Assembly: GCA_025594325.1 (NCBI GenBank)
Contig: JANHCV010000004.1
Span: 496,001-560,000 of the forward strand
Source: Blastocladiella emersonii ATCC 22665
Lineage: Eukaryota; Fungi; Blastocladiomycota
Reading direction: 5' to 3'
Length of the DNA: 64,000 nucleotides
The translations under genes and the position numbers were made by a program. The notes beneath the pieces are model-generated. The model was not told the DNA's origin. It did not search any database and saw only the letters and a list, made by a program, of their open reading frames with translations. Positions 57,529 through 64,000 of this stretch are shown in pieces (positions within the stretch are counted from its first letter, which is position 1; each line of letters opens with the position of its first letter).

Positions 57529-60340
57529 CTACTTCCGGGGCGCGCGGCCGATGAACTTGATCATGGAGTACATCCCCATGAGCGCCTCGCGGCGCTGCTC
57601 GTCGGCGACGACGACCTCGTTCGTCGTCAGGTGCATCAGCGCCGTGGCCGCGAGCTGGCGCGACGGCACGTCGGGGTCCTCGTGCCGTTCCGCGGCCTTG
57701 GCGACCAGCACGTCCTCGAGCCGCGCCAGGTACCGGAGGTACGCGACCACGTCGGTGTGCACCGCCGGTGTGTCGAACAGCTCCGCGAAGACGGCGTCCA
57801 GCGCCGCCTTGAACGAGGCCGCGCCCGTGGCCATGTCCTCGGCGTACCGCTCCTCGTACAGAGCGCGCACCTCGATCTTGTCCGACACGCTGGCGGCCGG
57901 GTTGAACATGAGCTGCATGAGCTCGATCACGCCGGGCGTGACGCGGTGCTTGCTGACGAGGGCGGCGAGGCGCGCCACGCCCTCGTGCGACATGGGCGGC
58001 GCGGTCTTGTAGTTCCGCCCTTCGAAGTACATCCCGATGAGGTCGAGCTCGCTCGACGGCACGTCGTGCTTGACGCGCACGAGGGTCTTGTAGTACTCCA
58101 GGTGGTTGTAGGCGAGGGCGCGACCTGGACCGAGCTGGCCGTTGGCCTCGGCCTGGTCAAGCTCGGCGTCGCGCGCGACCACGGGGCCGCGTCGGCCCGG
58201 CCGCGCGAGCACGTCGCCCCGCTTGCCCACGTACGCGAGCACGTGGGGCACGGACTTGGGCTCGTCCGAATCGGAGTTGATCGACGCGGAGTCGTCATCA
58301 TCGTGAGCTTGGTCGCCGTCGACCTGCTGCTGCTCCTGCTCGGCGCCGACGACACCTTGGCCGTGCTGCGGCTCGAGGGCTGCGGCATGAGCGGCGCCGT
58401 CATGCCCGTGCTGCGAGACGGACGGCTTGGCCTTCTTGACCACGCGTCGCGCGGCGCCCTTGATGGACCCGACCGTGTTGCGGAACACCTGCTTCGCCGA
58501 CTGCGCGACCTCGCGCACCGCGGCCGTGGCGCGGCGGGTGGCCGCCGACGTGCGCGTGCGGGTACCGACCGGCGACTTCTTGGCCGGGAGCTCGACGGGC
58601 TGCTCGACGGGCTGCTCGACGGGCTGCACAGGGACCGAGGTCACAGCCTCGGGCGCGGCGGGCGGGACGAGGACCGAGGTCACGGCCGCGTGCGCAATGG
58701 GCTGGATGACGGCCGAGGGCACGGCCTCGATCTCGTTGGTCTCGACGAGGACCGAGGTCACGGCGGCGGGCGCGGCGGGCTGGACCAGGGCCGAGGTCAC
58801 GGCCTTGGTCTCGATGGGCTTGATGAGCGTCGAGGTCACGGCCTCGGGCTCGACGGCCGCGAGCGGCGCCTGGATCTGGTGCTGCTGCTCGGGCACCGTG
58901 CCAGACGCGGTGGATGCCTACGAGGCGCGAAACGATAGTCAGCTTCCGCTCGAGACCACCTCAAAGCAAGAAGACGTACCTCGAGGGGGGCGAGGTGCAG
59001 GAGTGGAGTATCCGATGGCGAGGAAGGGCAGGCGACCGTGGGGTTCTGCTCGATCTAACCGTAAAGGGTCAGTGTTTGCCCTCTCGAGACTCGTGCGCAG
59101 AGTCCAGCAAGCGTACCTCGACTGTCGACCCCCGAGGAGTAGAAAAGAGGACCGCTGAGTCGAGTGACGGGGAGAATGGAGAGGTTGGCGGCAGGTGCTT
59201 CTCGAGGGGCTACATGACGCCTAGCCAGCAAGGCCGGGTGAGCGGATTCGGCGGAGCGTACCTCGAGAACATGGTCGCCGAGAACATGAGGCGACAGGCA
59301 CGAGATCGCCAGGGTTGGCGACGGGATGAGGACCTCGATGCGGTCGAGGGCCTACACAAATCGAGGTCAGTACGTGGTCGAGACACGGCCCACAGGAACC
59401 GAAAGCGTACCTTGTGCTCGCCGAGTCGCGAACCGGCCGATGACGACCCCGAAACGGCCGAAGTACCGGGCCCGAACGACATCGAGGCCAACGCCGGCTT
59501 CGCGGGCGCAAACTGGTCGGTGTCGCGCAGCGGGGCCGTGCCCGTACCGGCAGTCGGTCCCGCCGCCGCCGCGTGCGCCAGAACGAGAGGCACGTCCGGC
59601 CCGTTGTCGACGTGGTCGGCATCCAGGCGGTGGTACGGCTCCTCGAAAATCTGGGCCGCGGCGGCGGGCGGAAGCGAGGCGGGCGCGGGGGTAGTCGCCG
59701 AGATGGTGGCGGGACTGGTAGCCGGCGAGGCGGGCTCGGTCGAGGTGGCAACCGTCGACGGAATGGTCGTGGTATTGGCCGAGGAGTCGGCGGCCGTGGT
59801 CTTGGCCGTCAGGGCGGCAGGCTTGGGGGCGTCGGCCGTGAGGACGGCGGGCTTGGGGGCGTCAGCGTCGCCCGTGAGGACGGCGGTCTTGGCGTCGCCC
59901 GCGAGGACGGCGGGCTTGGGGGCGTCGGTGACGACGGCGGCCGTGGTGTCGCCCGTGAGGACGGCGGGCTTGGCGTCGCCCGTGAGGACGGCGGGCTTGG
60001 CGTCGCCCGTGAGGACGGCGGTCTTGGCGTCGCCCGTGAGGACGGCGGTCTTGGTGTCGCCCGTGAGGACGGCGGTCTTGGTGTCGCCCGTGAGGACGGC
60101 GGTCTTGGTGTCGGCCGCGACGACGGCGGTCTTGATGGTGTCGGTGACGACGGCGGGCTTGGTGATGGTGCCCGAGACGGTCGGGGCGGGAGCGACCGAG
60201 GGCGTCGTCAGGTGGGGCGACATGGCCGCGAAGGCCGTGATGAGGTCCTCGATCTCGGCCGAGTAGCGCGGGGTCGACAGCGACTCGAAGGTCTCGCACG
60301 CGCGGCCGACGAGGCCGGAGGGAATCTCGTTGATGGTCAT
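57529..60340 (-). CDS. Repeat-rich hypothetical protein (about 859 aa), 5 exons
   Basis: Phase-0 introns at 59410-59352, 59261-59210, 59116-59055 and 58979-58918 join ORFs 59210-60340 and 57529-58896 without stops. It has KTAVLTGDA repeats, AVTSxLV repeats, and a globular-looking helical C-terminus of unknown family. Confidence 0.72.
59815..60165. repeat. 27-bp coding tandem repeat
   Basis: Unit GTCGCCCGTGAGGACGGCGG(G/T)CTTGG(C/T). Six near-perfect copies at 59948-60109, with degenerate copies on both sides. Confidence 0.9.
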
Positions 60341-61443
60341 GGTGACGATGGCGCGGAACGAAAAGGTGGGCGCGCGAGAACGTCGAGTCGAACGCTACAC
60401 GAGGAACTTGGTGAGCGTGGACGCGGATCACAGAGATCCGATCGGAGAGCGTACAGTAGTAGTAGACTGGCCGAGAGGAAGGCCGGTCGAACTTGGTGGC
60501 GGCGACGATGAGGGTCGTCGGCGCGGGTCTGGATCCGATCAGGTCGAGCCGTGCAGGGTCGAGGCGCTCGGGCGGGTGCAGGCGAGCAGGCAGATGAGGG
60601 CGACGGCACAGATGCGTGTGCAAGTGGCTCTCGTGGCGGTGCGAGGGGAAGGCCCGGTCGTCGACGCGGGGAGCACAGCGGGTGAGGGGTGGAGCGGATC
60701 GATGCCGAGGTCTGCTTGCGGGTCTTGAGGACGATCGAGAAGTCGGTCGTGGAGAGGTTCCGTCAGGTATGATACTTCGGTGAGTTCGATCCGAAAGAGA
60801 GTAAGGGTCGAGTGAGCGAGGGGGGAGGGGGAAGGGGAAGGTGGCGGGGGGTTTTTGTAGCCCGGCCGCTCGCCATGCGAGACCGTTGCATGGACATCGA
60901 GCGGCATTTGGTTAGGGTGGGAGGCAGCGGACTGACTGGCGTACGACGATGATCCGAAGTGAACGAGGCGCGAATATCAGAGCTCGCCGCGTGTCTCGCA
61001 CCGGCCACCTGACCGGTCGCTGCGAACCGAACTGGTCGCCGCGACGAATCACGGAATTCATCACGACACAGCCGCACAAACAGCTTCGAACCTGCTGCAA
61101 CGTACACAGCCGGAGCAGCTCGGCAAGGTTCATGACCATGAGGTGGCCCAAAACCCGCCGAACCCGCCGAACCCGCCGAGTCTACTTCAGCGTACCGTGG
61201 CGGCGCGAAGAAGCCGCCGTTCGCTCAGTCGACGAGCGCGATCCGGTTTCCTCGGAACCCGGTCTCGCACCAGAGATGAAAACGGGCGAGCGGACCATTG
61301 TGTTGCTCGCGCGGCGATACTCCAAAACTGAGCGGGCATTGAGCGCTCCCCTGACGTTTGAGAGGTGGCCGACGGGTACGAGTCCGGGGGTGCACGATCA
61401 AGGGAAGAGCACGGTCGCGGGCGAAATCATATATGGGTCATCG

Positions 61444-61705
61444 GGGAGGCTGCGGGAGGTTGCGGGAGGTCGAGGGGGAGCGGGTTCGTGGGAGGTCGCG
61501 GGGGAGAAGGCTTGGGCGAGGTTGAGAGAAGTCTCGAGGGGAGAGGAACCGTGGGAGGGCACCCGAGGCGTCGCAAGGACTAGGGCATGCGTGGAGCGCG
61601 GAGTGTTTCTGGGGACGGTGACGAGGTAGTGGTGCAGGATCAGACGAGTGCGAGCGAGTTCGGGTCCTGTGAAAGCGGCGGGAGGTCTCGGGGAGGTTGC
61701 AGGAG
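61444..61705. repeat. Two short runs of a degenerate 10-bp GCGGGAGGT(T/C) repeat
   Basis: Units at about 61444-61470 and 61490, and again at about 61678-61705, in apparently non-coding DNA. Confidence 0.5.
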
Positions 61706-63064
61706 GGGCTTTCGAAGAGAGGAAGCGGCAAGAGAGGCCCGAGGCATCGCGGAGGTGGCAGGGTTTGCAGGTGGAGCAGGGCGCGGGCCCGAGCGACGGC
61801 GACGAGGTGGTGGCGGATCGGGGAACGCCGCCGGTGTTGGTCCGTGGTGATTTCATCAAGTCGAGCCGGGCTACATGGTTTCGGGGCAGCGGATCAGTGG
61901 GTGAAGGACGAGCGGGTGCTTGCCGATCGCCCCGGCAGCAGCAACGCGTCGACGCGTTGCACATGCCCCGTGGCTCGGGGTGGCGCGTGGGACCGCGTGG
62001 CGCCGCCACAATCGCTTGCCGCGTCCCGTTCCCGAGCGCGCGGCTGAGGGCCGAGGGCATAATCGCTGCCGTCTCGCGCTGACGGAAGCTACATCCGCGC
62101 GATCCGTGGTAAGAAAAGTCTTCTCAGCAGGCGCAACGGCGGCTGCCACCACGTCCCCGAGCACCTGGCTGCCCTGCGGCGGCGGGTCCACGATCTCGCG
62201 CGCGTGGTAGGACGTCGGCGGGAGCCATGTTGTGCCGGCGACTCGATGCAACTGTGTGGAATAGACATCAGGGACCTGCGTCGCTGCCGAGGTGAGGCGG
62301 CGATCAGGGTGGTCGGGATGTGCTCGAGCCACGGCCCGCGTCGGTCTCGCGAACGCGCCCGTGCGAGCACCGCGAGTACCCGGCGTCAGCGCCACGGGAG
62401 AGGGTCGGGCACGCTCTCGCCGCAACAGTGCCGAGTGCATGTACCGATGGTGGGGCAGCGTTCGCCGGCGACGTCAGCCGCGAAACAATCTCGCGCATGC
62501 GCGTTGGCTCCCCACCGCGCAGCGACGAGCGTCGGCGCGACTCACGACGAGCGCCGCAAAGCCGGGCTGCTGCTCCGCGGTCATGAAAGAGCGTCGACTG
62601 CACGCTTCGCGACCGAGCGGGGTGGTCGGGCGCGTCACGTCGCGACCCTGATCGCGTTCGTGATGGACTCAAGCGACACGACCTGCGACAAGGCCCGCGA
62701 GGGCTCGGCGTGCATGCCCATGGTGCCTGCGGTAGCTTGCATGAAGATACATTGCACTTTGTGTGTGTGGCAACCGGCGTTAGTGAGAGGGTCGGTTGTC
62801 CCGGGGAGCGGCGGCGGGGATGAGCCACACGTCGAGTGACGCGATCCTCTCGCCCACCGCGGCTCGGCTGGCGCTGCCACCTCGTCGCGTTTCCCCTTCT
62901 CGCTCAACCGCCCAATCGATATTGAAAATAAATGACGTATAATCGAGTGTATATTTCATCTGTCCTTCGCTGCGTTCCACTTCTCGTCTGCATGTCCGGT
63001 ACGGCAACTGTGCCGTGCTCGGCGGGAAGCAGCATCTCACAGTGAAAAAGGTTTGACTATATCA

Positions 63065-63261
63065 CTTAGGGGCGGTTGCTAAGTCTCGGCGCAAAGGGTC
63101 GCAAAGTGGCTTAGGGCGGCCAAAGGGTCGCTGAGGGTCGCTAAGGGAGGGGAGACTTTGCGCCGCGGGACCAAGGTACTTTGAGCGGCGAGCGGACTTT
63201 GGGGCATCGCACAGTGGCTTAGCGTGCCCGCGACAAAGTCGCTTAGTCTCACTTTGCTGAG
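63065..63261. repeat. Degenerate ~10-bp periodic array (AGGGTCGCWR and AAAGTSGCTTAG motifs)
   Basis: CTTAG/CTAAG/CAAAG/CTTTG/CTGAG pentamers at 63065, 63079, 63092, 63102, 63110, 63121, 63131, 63141, 63156, 63179, 63197, 63218, 63234, 63242, 63252 and 63257. Confidence 0.55.
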
Positions 63262-63349
63262 GGCCGGCGGCGGTCGCGGCCACTCGGTCCCGTTGTGCTG
63301 CTCATAGTCCGTTGAGCGTGGTGTAGAAACCGTCATGTACTACGATCCA

Positions 63350-64000
63350 TCACTCGATCATCTCAATCATCACCATCACCACCGTCGTCGCTCTCCTCCT
63401 CGCCACGTTACCGCGGCCGTGGCCGCCGCTGCGGCCCGTTGTGCCGGCCCCACGCTCGTCAAGCGGCTCCATGTTCGGGTCGCCTGCGCCGGCCGTGTCG
63501 AGCTCGCCGTGCTGCGGGATCGGGACGAGCGACACGATCCAGACAATCTCGTTCGGAGCGGGTGCCCTGTCGGCCGCCGGCGGTGGCCGCTGCTCGTCAG
63601 GGCACACGCACACGCGGTCGCGAAGAGCGCGGACCGGTACGACGATCGGCTGCGCGACGGGGACGTAGCACGCGCGGCCGAGGCCCGCCGTCTCCGCTCG
63701 CGCCTTGTCCTGCGCGCTGAGCCGGCGGTGGTTCACCGGGTACACGGCGATCGGCCACAGCGCAGCGAACACGACGCCGCCGAGCTCGAAAAAGTCGGAG
63801 ATGTAGCCGAAAATCGACGACATGGCCGGGTCCGCGCCCGCGTTGGGCACCACGAAGCGCGCGGAGCTCGGCAGCGCGGGGAACGCGCCGGGAACTGCAA
63901 ACACCGCGTTGGCCACCGTCATCGGGATCACGACGCGGACGACGGCGTCCTTGCTGCACTGCAGTGGAACGCCGGACCGCGTCGCCGAGTGGAACACGGA
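63350..64000 (-). CDS. 3' end of a hypothetical gene extending beyond the window
   Basis: Open frame from the window edge to a stop at 63350. No family recognised. Confidence 0.35.
   Translation of the reverse strand, partial: SVFHSATRSGVPLQCSKDAVVRVVIPMTVANAVFAVPGAFPALPSSARFVVPNAGADPAMSSIFGYISDFFELGGVVFAALWPIAVYPVNHRRLSAQDKARAETAGLGRACYVPVAQPIVVPVRALRDRVCVCPDEQRPPPAADRAPAPNEIVWIVSLVPIPQHGELDTAGAGDPNMEPLDERGAGTTGRSGGHGRGNVARRRATTVVMVMIEMIE

Noticed and set aside
59815-60165. CRISPR-like array
   Set aside because: These are head-to-tail repeats without spacers, in frame within a eukaryotic CDS.
63065-63145. Telomeric TTAGGG repeats
   Set aside because: Only isolated CTTAGGG matches occur, not a tandem tract, and a gene-like ORF continues beyond.

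Overview
A gene-dense, very GC-rich eukaryotic window with no bacterial features. Genes have short GT-AG introns (about 52-135 nt; donors mostly GTACG/GTGAG/GTATG, branch CTGAC/CTAAC, acceptor YAG). Gene content points to an early-diverging zoosporic fungus, probably Blastocladiomycota (inference). About 29 genes or gene remnants were reconstructed by manual splicing. Housekeeping genes: PMCA Ca-ATPase, ABC1/UbiB kinase, purine nucleoside phosphorylase, COQ10, ATG16 with WD40, GPR89, GDPD, OPT transporter, kinesin, DPM2, and an RNF34-like FYVE-RING ligase. The most notable items are: (1) three paralogous rhodopsin-class GPCRs that all keep a TM7 Lys and a TM3 Glu, each one residue off the opsin K296/E113 pair; (2) an ETR1-type ethylene-receptor hybrid histidine kinase; (3) a spliced helical-domain + TKL kinase + RNI-like LRR protein; (4) three F-box-like/LRR paralogs, one with a Trp-to-TGA stop; (5) a decaying NPY1/NUDT12 pseudogene; (6) a zinc-finger-less ZPR1-domain protein; (7) a MITE-like inverted repeat and several motif arrays. 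Most long ORFs in the supplied track are antisense shadows of GC3-rich genes.
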